Below, piece by piece: positions 37,718-48,991 of a stretch of 64,000 bases of DNA (position 1 is the stretch's first letter; every line of letters starts with the position of its first letter). A program made the position numbers and the translations under genes. The stretch covers positions 9,610,001-9,674,000 of the forward strand of contig CDPCPM010000037.1 of assembly GCA_976551045.1 (NCBI GenBank). The letters run 5' to 3'. The DNA comes from Glaucostegus cemiculus (Eukaryota). Below the pieces are notes generated by a model, which saw only the letters and a program-made list of their open reading frames with translations, was not told the DNA's origin and did not search any database.

Positions 37718-38034
37718 GTGAGATGCTTTATTTAATAGTTTTTAACTTCAGCCTTTTGCTGATCTAGGTATATTACATTTAATGCAATATTCGCAACTTG
37801 AAATATTAACTTGGGTTCCTCCTCCACCAATACTACCCAACTGGAGTATTTCCACTATTTTGTGGCTTTATGATCACCAGGATCAATAGCATTTCTAATG
37901 TATTGTTTATATGTGGCCTCTAGGGAATGCAAACTTTTCTACTTCTGATTTCTGTAACTTCCTAGCAGACAAATCTCTCCTGGCTATAGTTTGGAACGTA
38001 TTCATTTCCCATTAATCAGTAAGCATGGATAGTT

Positions 38035-38620
38035 CAAGAATACAAAATAGGAGTAGGCCACCAAGCCCCTTAAGCCTGCCCCACCATTCAGTATCAACTC
38101 CTCTGCCTCAATTCCTCTCTGTGCTAGTTGCCCATAACCTTCAGTTCATTGATCTTTCAAATATTTATCCATCTCCACCTTAACAATATCTAATGATCTG
38201 GCTTTCATCACTGTCTGTTGCAGAGAATTCCAGAGATCCACTACCACTTTAAAGATTTCCATGCATTTCAGTTTTAACTGATTGTCCCCTTATTTTGTAG
38301 GTGTGTCCACTTGTTTGTGATTCTCCCACTAGTGAAAAACATTTCAACATCCAGCCTATCAAGCCCCCTTAGGATATTGTATTTTTGAATAAGGTCACCC
38401 CTCATTCTTCTAAACTCACTGGTCTCCTGATATGATAATTCTCTCGTCCCAGGAATTACCCTGATAAATCTCCTTTGTACAGCCTCCATTGGTGCTATAT
38501 TTAGGTAAGGGGATCAAAATTGTGCACAGTATTCCAGGTGAACACCTTTGCAATGAAGGCCAAAATGCTTTTGCATTCTTAGCTACTTGTTAAACCTGCT
38601 AACTTTTTGTGATTCTTTTG
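38035..38620 (-). mobile_element. Degraded CR1 3' end
   Basis: ORF remnant EAVQRRFIRVIPGTRELSYQE...EFRRMRGDLIQKYNILRGLDRLDVE. Confidence 0.88.
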
Positions 38621-40437
38621 TATGAAAAGTTGTGCTTTTTTTAAAATCAGAATTAGTTTCCCTTTTTAATAAACTCTTCTGGTAGTGTCAGATATTTTCA
38701 TTCTCCGTAATCAGTTTAAGATGCTCTGTGTTGTTGCTTATTTGTTTATATGGGCTCCACATGAGGATCTTTATCATGTAGCCCAAGAAGTCATCTGACT
38801 TTTGATGCATTATTTTAGTTTGTGGATGTTTCAATATCCTTCTGATTAATCTCAAAAGATTTCTTCAGCCAGAAGGCAACAGTACTAAACCTTAATTTTT
38901 TTTAAAACCTGAACCTTACGAAAAGTGCGATGGGAGAGACTTGCAGATGAATAATTTAAGCACAAATTGCACTAGGTTACCTTGTCTTTGAGGGTTGGAT
39001 TTTGAGCAAAGTTGCAAGTTGTAAAGAGATGTGTTGAGGGAAATCCTAAATTGGGTGATCTAAAGGAAAGAATCAGAAAAAATTAGAGGGTGGATAGATT
39101 TGTAATGTTTTAGAATGTACATATTTTACAGTGTTTTCTTTGGTTTCATATTTTGTGATTTAACCAAACAGGAATAAGTGAGTAATCTTTAAATATGTGC
39201 CTGGCTAGAAATCAGTTTACTTTATAGACCGATAAGCTAATTTAGTTAAAAAAAAACCCAGCAAAATTAATTCTAGTCTTCAATTTTCACGATGCCCACA
39301 ATACCTGGTTTACCTTTAACTATTTCCAGAAGCTAAAAATAAATGAGGTTAAGTAAATGCTACATTATGATTCTATTTGGTCTTATCACGTGAAGTGTTC
39401 TTTCTTTTATAAAGATATAATTATTGATGAAAGGGCACATGAGAAGCATGAAGCAAGGAAAGCTATTTGGTCCATGAAACTCGCTTGTTCCACAATCTAC
39501 CCTAAACTGTACCCCGCCCATTTAGTCTGAGGGAAAGCTCTGTTTAAATATTCCTTCATTCTAAAAGGTAATTAGAAAAACTACAGAATATTCCTCTAGC
39601 TATATATTTCTACCACTGAAATCATAAGCAGCTGAGCCACAGCAGCATTAGGAGTAATTGTTTCCTACAAAGTTGTTACAGATTTTATTTTATTCTTTGG
39701 ATTCCAACCTCAATGCCTATCACATTTTATTATTTATAAGTACAGATATTTTTTGGTTGCTGAGAACTTGTTTGATGCATTCAATGCTTTGTACACCACA
39801 GAACAATTGTGTGGGACTTTGCTCTGAATCCTGTGGTGGAACTGCTGTGAGCCATCCGCTCAAGATATAACAAAAAAGAACAGCGAAAAAGTCCAACTTT
39901 TGCTTAGTACTACATTCCAGCAATGCAGCTGAGATGAAAAATAGTCATTGTAGGGATGGAGTTCTTCCAACATTGTGAATCACAACATTAGTGGTCACTA
40001 TCCATCAGATGTATCTAAAATGAAAATTGCAATCATGCCATAGTGATGTCATAGCTTCATCCCCCATTTAATTCCATACTGTCAGAACTCAAGGTTGGGC
40101 CACTTCTGATTCCTGGCTTTTATGCAACTCAGTTTGATTGATCAGTTTGCAAGTTAAGTCAGCTGACCTGAAAACTGTATGAAAATAAATTAATTCTTTG
40201 AAATTTTGAAAATAGTTGCTGATGGAATGGGATGTTAAGAATTTAAAGAAATTGTACACAACAAAGGAAAAAAATGCATTTGTACATTACCAAGATATTA
40301 CCTTCATTCTTGTGGTAGTTTCACTGGGTTTGCTTAATGATTAAGGATGTTCTGGGTAAGTCATATCACACTTGATGATACTTAGAAAATAATTCCATCA
40401 TGGCTTACTTTTGCTCTTTTTGGTTTGAACAGAAACT

Positions 40438-40545
40438 ATGTACCAGCTTCCTGTTAACAACCTTGCAAATCTAAGAAAGGCTCGTAAAACAGTGAAAAAG
40501 ATCCTTACAGATATTGGATTGGACTATTGTAAAGATCATATAGAG
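40438..40545 (+). CDS. ADNP: Activity-dependent neuroprotector homeobox protein, first coding exon (exon begins at 40433)
   Basis: aacag|AAACTATG; encodes [36 protein letters not shown]; donor |gtaag. Confidence 0.97.
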
Positions 40546-41819
40546 GTAAGTAGAAATTTATTTTTCAAAGGGGTGAACTGGATTGAAATCTCACCACATC
40601 ATGTTTTAAACTAGCTTTTTGTTAGCTTTTTAAAATGCATGGTAAGTTGAGGCAATTATTTTAAGTGTATTATACAATGATCTAAAATATGCTGTTCCCA
40701 AGCTGTAGAAAGTGGTTAATGTGGGGAGATGGTTATCCTGACATAATAAAGGATGCTCTTCTTGATTAGGTGTGATGAATTTGAGAGCTTTAATCTGTTT
40801 ATGCTTGATACTAGTGGCATTATGGAAGATATTATATCTAAAGTGCTAGTCAGAACTTGGAGATTTTCTTGGTATTTTGTTATGTCATTTGTCTGTATAC
40901 TTTTAGGTAGAATAGTATTGCTGCCTTGTGAGCAAACGGTATTTCCATCTTAAACTGAATCCATGGGAGCATGCAGTAACTTGCTTTTGCATTTATTAAT
41001 TCTGCCTTAATTAGAAATACATCTGCTTTGATTTGGAAAAAATGCATTTATTGAAAGGTGCTTTCCACTCTAAATTTAAACTTTAATATTAAAAAATAAA
41101 AGACATAATTTCTGTCTATTTTAATTGGGGGTTAGTAAATTTCAGTGAGTTACAGTCAATCTGAAATGTCAACTGCTTCTCTCTTCAAATGCTACCTGAC
41201 CTGAGTATTTCCAGCATTTTCCATTTTCATCTCAGATTTTCAAGATCAGTAGTATAATAATTTCAGAAGAATGTAGTTTATTTTTGACATTGGCCTGTCT
41301 TTTAACACCTTAATATTTGTTTTGAGTCTGAATCCAGGTTAAATGGTGGAAATACACAAATAAGTCTAGTACATTGTGAAAATACATCAGACAGAAATTC
41401 CTAATGAAAAGCAGCAAAAAGTGGTCCTACAAAATGTCCAGATTTGAAAATTGCAATACTTGATGTACCAAAAAAAAATTAGGCCCTTATTTGGGACTCT
41501 GCAAAACAGAATTCAAGCCAATTCCTTTCATGTTAATTTAAAATATAGTAATTTTCCGTGGTAGCTTTTTGGTGGATTCAGTCAAGGATCTAACTTTTTA
41601 TCTTGAGCCCAGTTGTACATGCGCTATGGTATACCATACCTTAACCACTCTCTCGGCAAACAACCCCCCCTTTAACAACCCATTGTTCCTCTACTCCTTA
41701 GTCAGGGGACATGTCAGAGAATTGGTAAAAAGGCAACAATAAAATTTTGTTTTACTTTATTTAAACAGCATGGTAACATGTTATACCTATGCTCAAAAAC
41801 AATTTGCAAGAATGTGCCA

Positions 41820-43170
41820 GACAAATAGAGGCGAGTCGATTCAACCATGGATGTAGGAAAACTTAGAAGCAGTCAAGGAAACAATTAATAGGCTCTTGGA
41901 AAAGTCTGAATTCATTAAAGAACAACAGCATAAATTTATTAAAGATATATTATCTTTAACCTGTTTGATAACCCTTATGAAAGGTTGAATAGCAAAATTA
42001 ATACCCATGGAATTAAAGGGTCAGTAGTAGCCATGTTAGGAAATTGGCTTAAAGGCAGATTATGGTTAAATGGTTGTTTTTCAGGAAAGAGGATGGACAT
42101 GTTACCCAAATGTCAATGCTGGAATTAGTTTGCTCAACATAAATGAGTTGAAAGTGGATATGTAGGGTAAAATTTCAAATAGTTGCTGATAGCACAGAAC
42201 TTGGCATTACATTAAACAGTGAGGAGGAAAGTAATAGTCTGCAAGAAGAATGACTGGCAGAAGAGAAGTGGCATATGAAATTTAACACAATAAAGTAATG
42301 CAATTTGGCAGAAAGAATGGGACTGAATAGACCAAATGGCAGAGTTCTTGAAGGAATGCATAGTTATAAGTGGCATATTGAGGGAGTGGTTAGTAAAGCT
42401 TTTTAGCAAAGGATATGAAAGCTTGGAAGTTATATAAGGTCCTACAAGTTGTATGGTGATCCTGTATAAGATACTGGTTTGGCCCAACTAGAGGACTGCA
42501 TCCAATTTGGGGCACCTCAGTTTAGGAAGGATGTGAACGTCCAAGGTTGTGCACATTTAAAAACAAAATTAATATGATTCCCGGTACGAGGTATTTCTGC
42601 TGAAGAAGCTAGAATTGCTCTCCTTAGTGCAAAGCAGGTTGAGAAGAAATTTGAAGGAGTTGTGTAAGAACATGACTTAATAGGGTAAGTAGAAGAAACT
42701 AGAGAGTAGAAGGTAACTGCTCATTAGCAGATGCCTTAAAGGCAAGATGGTATAGATTTAAAATTTGAGCAATACCATAGGTACAGTGGAACCCTGTATA
42801 AGATAACTGGTTAGGCCACAACTTGAGCATTATTAATTTGTAGCAATGGTAAAGTAGTCCAGCTGTCAGTGAATAACAGCATGAGACTGAAATGTCTGTC
42901 TGAAAAATTAGGGAATTTATAATTGTGAGGAGCCCATTCATCTGCTGCTTCTGTGTCCTCTGTGTGAGTGGATAAGAGTAAAAACTTCTTGCATAGTGGA
43001 TAGTTAAAACCTGCAATTTGGCACCTGTAAGAGTCATGGGGAATTAGATTAGCACCTGAGGGGAAACAATTTGCAAGAGAATGGGGCTGACAAGATTGCT
43101 GTACTAGGAGGTGCATTGTGATTTAGCTAAATGGCCACTTCCAGTGCTCCAGCAGTTGAATGATTCTGTA
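41820..43170 (+). mobile_element. Heavily degraded CR1 LINE fragments
   Basis: catggaattaaaggg...aaattggctt; ctgtataagatactggtttggcccaactagaggactgcatccaatttggggcacc; tail region near 43120-43170. Confidence 0.7.
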
Positions 43171-43396
43171 TTGAGTATGCTGTCATTGAAGAAATCACTG
43201 CTGAAGGAATACTGCATTTTATGAGGTTGTGTCGCTTGGCCTGCTTTAGTCAGTTTTAAGTGATTGTGATTTAGAACAAGTGTTTATGTAGGAAAAAAAA
43301 TATTCTTAGAAAGTTTTGGGTGAAGTTTTTATGACTAATAAATTCAATAGTAGTATTACTCTTAATTTTCCTATGCAACTAAATATGTTCTTCCAG

Positions 43397-43489
43397 GATT
43401 TCAAGCAGTTTGAACCAAATGACTTCTACTTAAAGAACACTACGTGGGATGATGTCTCACTTTGGGACCCTTCTTCTACAAAGCTACAG
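43397..43489 (+). CDS. ADNP: ADNP second coding exon (93 nt)
   Basis: ttccag| acceptor; encodes [31 protein letters not shown]; donor |gttgg; phase 0 at both ends. Confidence 0.97.
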
Positions 43490-44329
43490 GTTGGTTTCAT
43501 TTCAAATGCGGAAATGTTAACTCTCAGGTTTTGTTTAGGACTTGAGACTTGTACCTAGTTATCAGGAAGAGTTTTATTATTAAATTACAACAGTAAACAT
43601 TTATTATCTTGGTCTTTTTTAACTAATGATTTGATTAAAAACTCTGTAGTTTGGTTAATCCACTGTGCTGGCGATTAAAGCATTTGATTTATCTGTGCTG
43701 GTTTGTATATTGTATGTAATAAAAATTATGGGAGGGTGTGGAATCATTTCATGGGAAAGTAAGAGTATTTTTAAAAGATGGAGTGATAATGCTTTTCCCC
43801 CACCTTGGTCTGTCAAGTGAGGTGCTGTCAGTCTTTTCATGAAATGAATTAGCACTTGAGATTGGTGCAAAACTTTGGTTAACCAAAAAGTTAAATAATT
43901 TTGGATTGAGAATTACTGTATGTTTGCATAGAGAATAGTTTGGACTATAATTGCAGAATGCAATACATTTACAAAGCAATATTGATTCCTCTCTGCAGAT
44001 ATGACTTGTGGTTAAATGCAGTTGAAATAATTTGTTCAGATGCTTCCAGCCTTCCCACTAACTGGTGTACCAGCACAATTTGTAAATATGAAAGTAGTAT
44101 CTGTACTACTCTTGTGTAATTATTAAAACTATACCATGGCTAAATAGGGTAGTATGTTACTGATTTAGAGCAGATTTTGGTAATACATTTAAAATTCATA
44201 TCGTATGCACAGTATTTGGACAAATGACTATACAGTACTCTACAGGTACTCTTGTTTGAATCATAAGTAAAATTAGATTGCCTTACATTGCACAACTGAA
44301 CAGTAACCACTGTTGTCTTGCATTTGCAG

Positions 44330-47300
44330 GATTATCGTACAAAGCCATTTTGCTGCAGCGCTTGTCCATTTGCATCCAAATTTTTTTCTGCCTACAAAAG
44401 CCACTTCAGAAATGTTCATAGTGAAGATTTTGAAAACAAAATCCTGATTAATTGCCCTTATTGCCCATACAATGCTGACAGAAAGACCTTGGAGACCCAT
44501 ATCAAGATATTTCATGTCCCTCTCTGGAAAGTACCTAGTGGAGGCAAGAATGCACACCATGAAAAGTCAAAGCAGGATAGCAATCTTAAACTGAAACATG
44601 CTGACAGTGTGGAACAAGCAGTCTATTACTGTAAGAAGTGTACTTACCGAGATCCGCTTTATGATGTTGTCAGGAAGCATATTTACAGGGAACATTTTCA
44701 GCATGTGGCAGCCCCTTATGTGGCAAGAACAGGAGACAAATCAGTGAATGGAACATTTTCTGCCACTAATGGAAGAGAGGATGGGACTGTGCATTGTAAA
44801 CGTTGTCTCTTCATACCCAAAACTTATGAAGCCTTGGTGCAGCATGTTATTGAAGACCATGAACGAATAGGATACCAAGTAACAGCAATGATAGGGCATA
44901 CTAATGTGGTGGTTCCAAGATCAAAACCCTTGATGCTGATAGCACCAAAGCCGCATGACAAGCCCTTAGCTGCTGGAAATTATCAGAGTGTGAAAAGCTC
45001 AATGCAGCAGAATATGAATCGTGTATCCATGTCCAAAAACACACAGAATTCTGCTGTCAATCTCATGTCGAGTAGTGGTCGTCTGCCACCAAAATATGCT
45101 GTTTCATCGATGGCACATAACTATTCTTTGGGTCAACAAATGAGGCTTCCTCTGCCAAGTGGCTTACCAGTTCCTCTTCAGCAGCGATCACAAACCGTAA
45201 AACAGTTAATCTCTGGTGGCAATGGACGGCAGTATGGAGTTGGTGCTGGTGAACAGAGGCGACCATCTCAGATGCAATATAATGTTCAATCAGGAAGCTT
45301 GACTGGTAATAGTGGATCCAGTCAATTATCTATGAAACAGTCACAGTTCAGTATTTCTCAAGCACAAAGGATGCAAGGATTATCAAGTTCATCAGTAAAG
45401 TCATTAGCTTCCCCAACAGGCCTAAGTAATTCTGCTAGCCAGAGTCCTGCATTGGCCGGGTCTGCCGCTCAGAAGTGGAAGATTTGCACAATGTGTAATG
45501 AGCTTTTCCCAGAAAGTGTGTACAGCATACACTTTGAAAAGGAGCATAAAGCTGAGAAGATCCAGGCTGTAGCTAATTACATTCAGAAGATCAATAGTTT
45601 CACAAGCAAATGTCTCTACTGTAACCGTTATTTACCAAGTGAAACGCTGCTCAACCATATGCTTATACATGGACTCTCGTGTCCCTACTGCCGTTCCACT
45701 TTCAATGATGTTGAAAAGATGGCTGAACATGTAAGAATCCTTCATATTGATGAAGAAGTGGGACCCAAGACTGAATCAACATTAACTTTTGATTTGTCTA
45801 CACAGAAAGGTAGCCGCAGTAATATACAGCTCCATGTTACTACATACAGTACCTCTGAGAGTGCCTCCGTGGAGAATACAAATTATCGGCCCCAGAATCA
45901 GAACTTGGCATTTAGAAAGCCAGAAGGGCAGTTGCAGCAGCCAAAGCCACAAGTCAAATCTAAAATAAAGCCAGATTTGAATTCTATACCTCAAACCCAA
46001 ATACCCTATAAAAATGATGTTGGCAAAACCCTTTGTCCATTGTGCTTCTCTATTTTGAAGGGCCCAATATCTGATGCTTTGGCACACCACTTGAGGGAAC
46101 GACATCAGGTGATACAAACAATTCATCCAGTGGAAAAAAAGCTTACCTATAAATGCATTCATTGTTTGGGAGTCTACACAAGTAACATGACAGCCTCTAC
46201 CATAACGTTGCATCTGGTGCACTGTAGAGGTGTTGGAAAAGCACAGAATGGCCAGGATCGAAGTCTTGCTCATGCCAAGGTAACACACTCACCAAGTGTA
46301 ATGCCCATGAAACGAGAATATGAGTATGAATATGGGGACTTTGCTTTAATGAAAAAAAGGAAATTGGATGGTGAGGAAACTGTTCAGAGCTTTACCTTGG
46401 GAGAGGATAAACCAGAGGAGCCTGTAGTTTTAGCTATTGATCCCAAGGGGTATGAGGATGAGTCCTATGAGGCCAGAAAAATGTTCCTTACAAACTATTT
46501 TAATAAGCAACCTTACCCAAGCAGAAGGGAAATTGAAAAGTTGGCAGCTGGCTTATGGTTATGGAAATCGGATATTGCTTCCCACTTTAGCAATAAGAGG
46601 AAGAAATGTGTTCGAGATTGTGAGAGGTACAGGCCAAAGGTATTGCTTGGATTTAATATGATGGAGATGCGAAAAGTAAAGCACAATATGGACTTTGGAC
46701 CTACTTGGAATTTGCTAAATAACAAAGAAATAGATGGCAAGGAACCTGCTACTTTAAAATCAAGCATGGAAAAAGTAAATCAGAAACTGGAGAAAGAGAG
46801 AAGAGATTTGAGTCTGGGATCAGAAAAATTGGAGGGAACTATTTTAGATTTGAGCTCCCAAATGGAGGAAAACTCAAATCCAAACTTGGGAAAGATGAAA
46901 GGGAGAGCTGTGAACCAGTGTTCCGAACACATGGAGGGAAGTGCTTTGGACTTGAGCACTCAGATGGAAGAAAGATCTTCAAATGCCAGCTCTACAATGG
47001 TGGAGGGAACACCATTAGATTTGAGTGCTCAGATGGTAGAGGAAAGTCCTTCAATCAAGAGCACTGAGATGGTAGAAGAAAGTCCTTCAAATGTGAGTTC
47101 TGAGATGGTGGCAGAGAGTCCTTCAAATGTAAGTTCTGATATGGTGGAGGGAAGTGCTTTAGATTTGAGTTCCCAGATGGTGGAGAAAAGCCCTTCAAGC
47201 GTGAGTGCCGAGATGGTGGAGGAGAGCCCATCTAATATGAGTGCTGAGATGGTGGAAGCAAGCCCTTCAAATACGAGTCCTGATAATATGGAGGAAAATG

Positions 47301-48013
47301 CTTCAAATACTTGTGGTGGTGAAGATTTATCATCAAGTGAAATGAGTGGTTTGCAGAGTAGGGAAGAAACTTCTGAAATGGTTCCTGAAGAGTTCAATAA
47401 TGAATTGCAAAAACCTGCATTTACAGAAACTGCATCATTAAAGGATGATGTTTCAAATATGGATGAAGAGCATTATCCTGAGCCATCTTCAGAATCGAAA
47501 GATAAAGAATCAGAAAGTGAAGATTCAGAAGAACTTTCTGAATGCAAAGATGCTGGTTCACCAGCTGAGGATGGACTAGTATCTCCACAAGCATCTGATC
47601 AGGAAGATGTTTCATCTGAGCTGAAGCAAGAGTTTTGGATCAAACGACCATGGACAGATGATGTATCCCAAAGTGAAGAGGAGGAAGAGCCCCCTCGGAC
47701 CTCTGAACCAAAAGCTGCATTGGAAAATGATGAGCAAAATTGGGGAGAGGGGCCAGGTGAATGGAGTGGAACACCATTCCAAAATGAAGGAGGAAAGTGG
47801 GCCAAAGAACGGTCTGAATGGAAGAACGTTTCTCCAGAAAATGAGGAAAGTTTGTCTAATCCATTGTTAGAATGGCAAGGTAACACAGCAGATAGTGAAG
47901 GCGAAGAGCTTGATCAGCTCCTTGATCAGTCAAATGATGGTCTCTCTGATAATGTGGCAGAACCTGTTTGTGGATCTTCATCAGGTGTTGGGTTAAGTAG
48001 TCAACCTGCATAA
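44330..48013 (+). CDS. ADNP: ADNP large terminal coding exon (1227 aa; spliced protein 1294 aa)
   Basis: tttgcag|GAT. Nine zinc fingers (CSAC..H..H through CIHC..H..HC), NLS KKRKLD, atypical homeodomain ([38 protein letters not shown]), PxVxL (PKVLL, 46634-46648), and an acidic tail ending GVGLSSQPA*. The first 4 residues of the track ORF are intronic. Confidence 0.99.
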   Translation, partial: DYRTKPFCCSACPFASKFFSAYKSHFRNVHSEDFENKILINCPYCPYNADRKTLETHIKIFHVPLWKVPSGGKNAHHEKSKQDSNLKLKHADSVEQAVYYCKKCTYRDPLYDVVRKHIYREHFQHVAAPYVARTGDKSVNGTFSATNGREDGTVHCKRCLFIPKTYEALVQHVIEDHERIGYQVTAMIGHTNVVVPRSKPLMLIAPKPHDKPLAAGNYQSVKSSMQQNMNRVSMSKNTQNSAVNLMSSSGRLPPKYAVSSMAHNYSLGQQMRLPLPSGLPVPLQQRSQTVKQLISGGNGRQYGVGAGEQRRPSQMQYNVQSGSLTGNSGSSQLSMKQSQFSISQAQRMQGLSSSSVKSLASPTGLSNSASQSPALAGSAAQKWKICTMCNELFPESVYSIHFEKEHKAEKIQAVANYIQKINSFTSKCLYCNRYLPSETLLNHMLIHGLSCPYCRSTFNDVEKMAEHVRILHIDEEVGPKTESTLTFDLSTQKGSRSNIQLHVTTYSTSESASVENTNYRPQNQNLAFRKPEGQLQQPKPQVKSKIKPDLNSIPQTQIPYKNDVGKTLCPLCFSILKGPISDALAHHLRERHQVIQTIHPVEKKLTYKCIHCLGVYTSNMTASTITLHLVHCRGVGKAQNGQDRSLAHAKVTHSPSVMPMKREYEYEYGDFALMKKRKLDGEETVQSFTLGEDKPEEPVVLAIDPKGYEDESYEARKMFLTNYFNKQPYPSRREIEKLAAGLWLWKSDIASHFSNKRKKCVRDCERYRPKVLLGFNMMEMRKVKHNMDFGPTWNLLNNKEIDGKEPATLKSSMEKVNQKLEKERRDLSLGSEKLEGTILDLSSQMEENSNPNLGKMKGRAVNQCSEHMEGSALDLSTQMEERSSNASSTMVEGTPLDLSAQMVEESPSIKSTEMVEESPSNVSSEMVAESPSNVSSDMVEGSALDLSSQMVEKSPSSVSAEMVEESPSNMSAEMVEASPSNTSPDNMEENASNTCGGEDLSSSEMSGLQSREETSEMVPEEFNNELQKPAFTETASLKDDVSNMDEEHYPEPSSESKDKESESEDSEELSECKDAGSPAEDGLVSPQASDQEDVSSELKQEFWIKRPWTDDVSQSEEEEEPPRTSEPKAALENDEQNWGEGPGEWSGTPFQNEGGKWAKERSEWKNVSPENEESLSNPLLEWQGNTADSEGEELDQLLDQSNDGLSDNVAEPVCGSSSGVGLSSQPA
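46931..47310 (+). repeat. ADNP: In-frame 36-bp (12-aa) tandem repeat within the ADNP CDS
   Basis: ATG GTR G.. unit starts at 46997, 47033, 47069, 47105, 47141, 47177, 47213 and 47249, with degenerate flanking units. Confidence 0.93.
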
Positions 48014-48985
48014 AGTTTGACTGTGTTTGGAGTCTTGCTGTGAAATGTGTGCAGTATCTTAAAATGAAAGAAGCCAGTGTATAAAATCTGAAGGACTATT
48101 CAAAGGTACAGAATTACAGATGGGGGTTGGGGGGCAGTAAAATGTAACCAATTTTGTTGCATTTTGCCCTCGGGTTGCTTTACAGTTGTACAAAAGTGGC
48201 ATTGTAATTTACTTTCTAAATGTTTTCTCATTTACCTATGGTAGTGAAAGGCCAACATGTACTTACTGGTTAACAGTGGACTGTACTATAGATTTCAATA
48301 AGACCTTTAAGTTTGTTATATTCATTTACTCAGTCTGCGTAGCTGGAATGTATATTTCTACAGTTTTAGAGCCATTCTAAGTGAAGCTTATCGTATAGGT
48401 CTTGTGTACTTGTTCTAGATTTACTGTATGATTCACCTTTTTTTAGTGATGCCCCTGCTGTCAAATAAATGCAGCATTTAGTTCACTTGATAACTGCTTG
48501 AAGGAGGTTGTGCTGTAGTGTCTGTCAACATTATTATAAAACTAGTTTTTATTGCACATATCCTTATACAACTTTGGTAGCATTTGGCCAGTAGCTTACT
48601 GAACATAATAACTGGCCTTACTGTAATATGGCAAATTGCTGTTTAATGTATCCTTTGCTCCAATATTGATGGTTACTGGCATTTCAATTGTTAATGCATT
48701 TTTAAAGTCTCCCTTCAACCTAAATTACTTACAGAACTAGGAATGAAATTCATAATATGCTGATTTCACTAATTTGTGTTTTGGATCAGCGCACATGGTG
48801 AATTAGGTAAAACATGGCAAATATTTAGAAATGCCTAGTTTTGCCTATTTCAAGGTTATATGTTAGGGATAAACACCATTATGGTGTTTGTATACATTGT
48901 ATCATCTATGTAATAGTGTCTGTGTAGTAAATTTCATTTTTGTGATCTTTATTTTCCTTTGTACTTTTCATTTACACTTCTGGAA

Positions 48986-48991
48986 AATAAA
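48986..48991 (+). terminator. ADNP: Candidate ADNP polyadenylation signal (others at 48464, 49068, 50766; AATACA at 50430)
   Basis: AATAAA followed by ttttattgtgtatg, a GU/U-rich element. Confidence 0.6.

Noticed and set aside
46997-47284. 36-bp periodicity as a CRISPR-like array
   Set aside because: Units are contiguous, degenerate, lack unique spacers and lie in frame in a vertebrate exon; no cas genes are present.
44273-47886. Antisense and alternative-frame ORFs inside the ADNP exon (e.g. 168 aa and 122 aa)
   Set aside because: Shadows of the real CDS and its tandem repeat; no independent coding signal.
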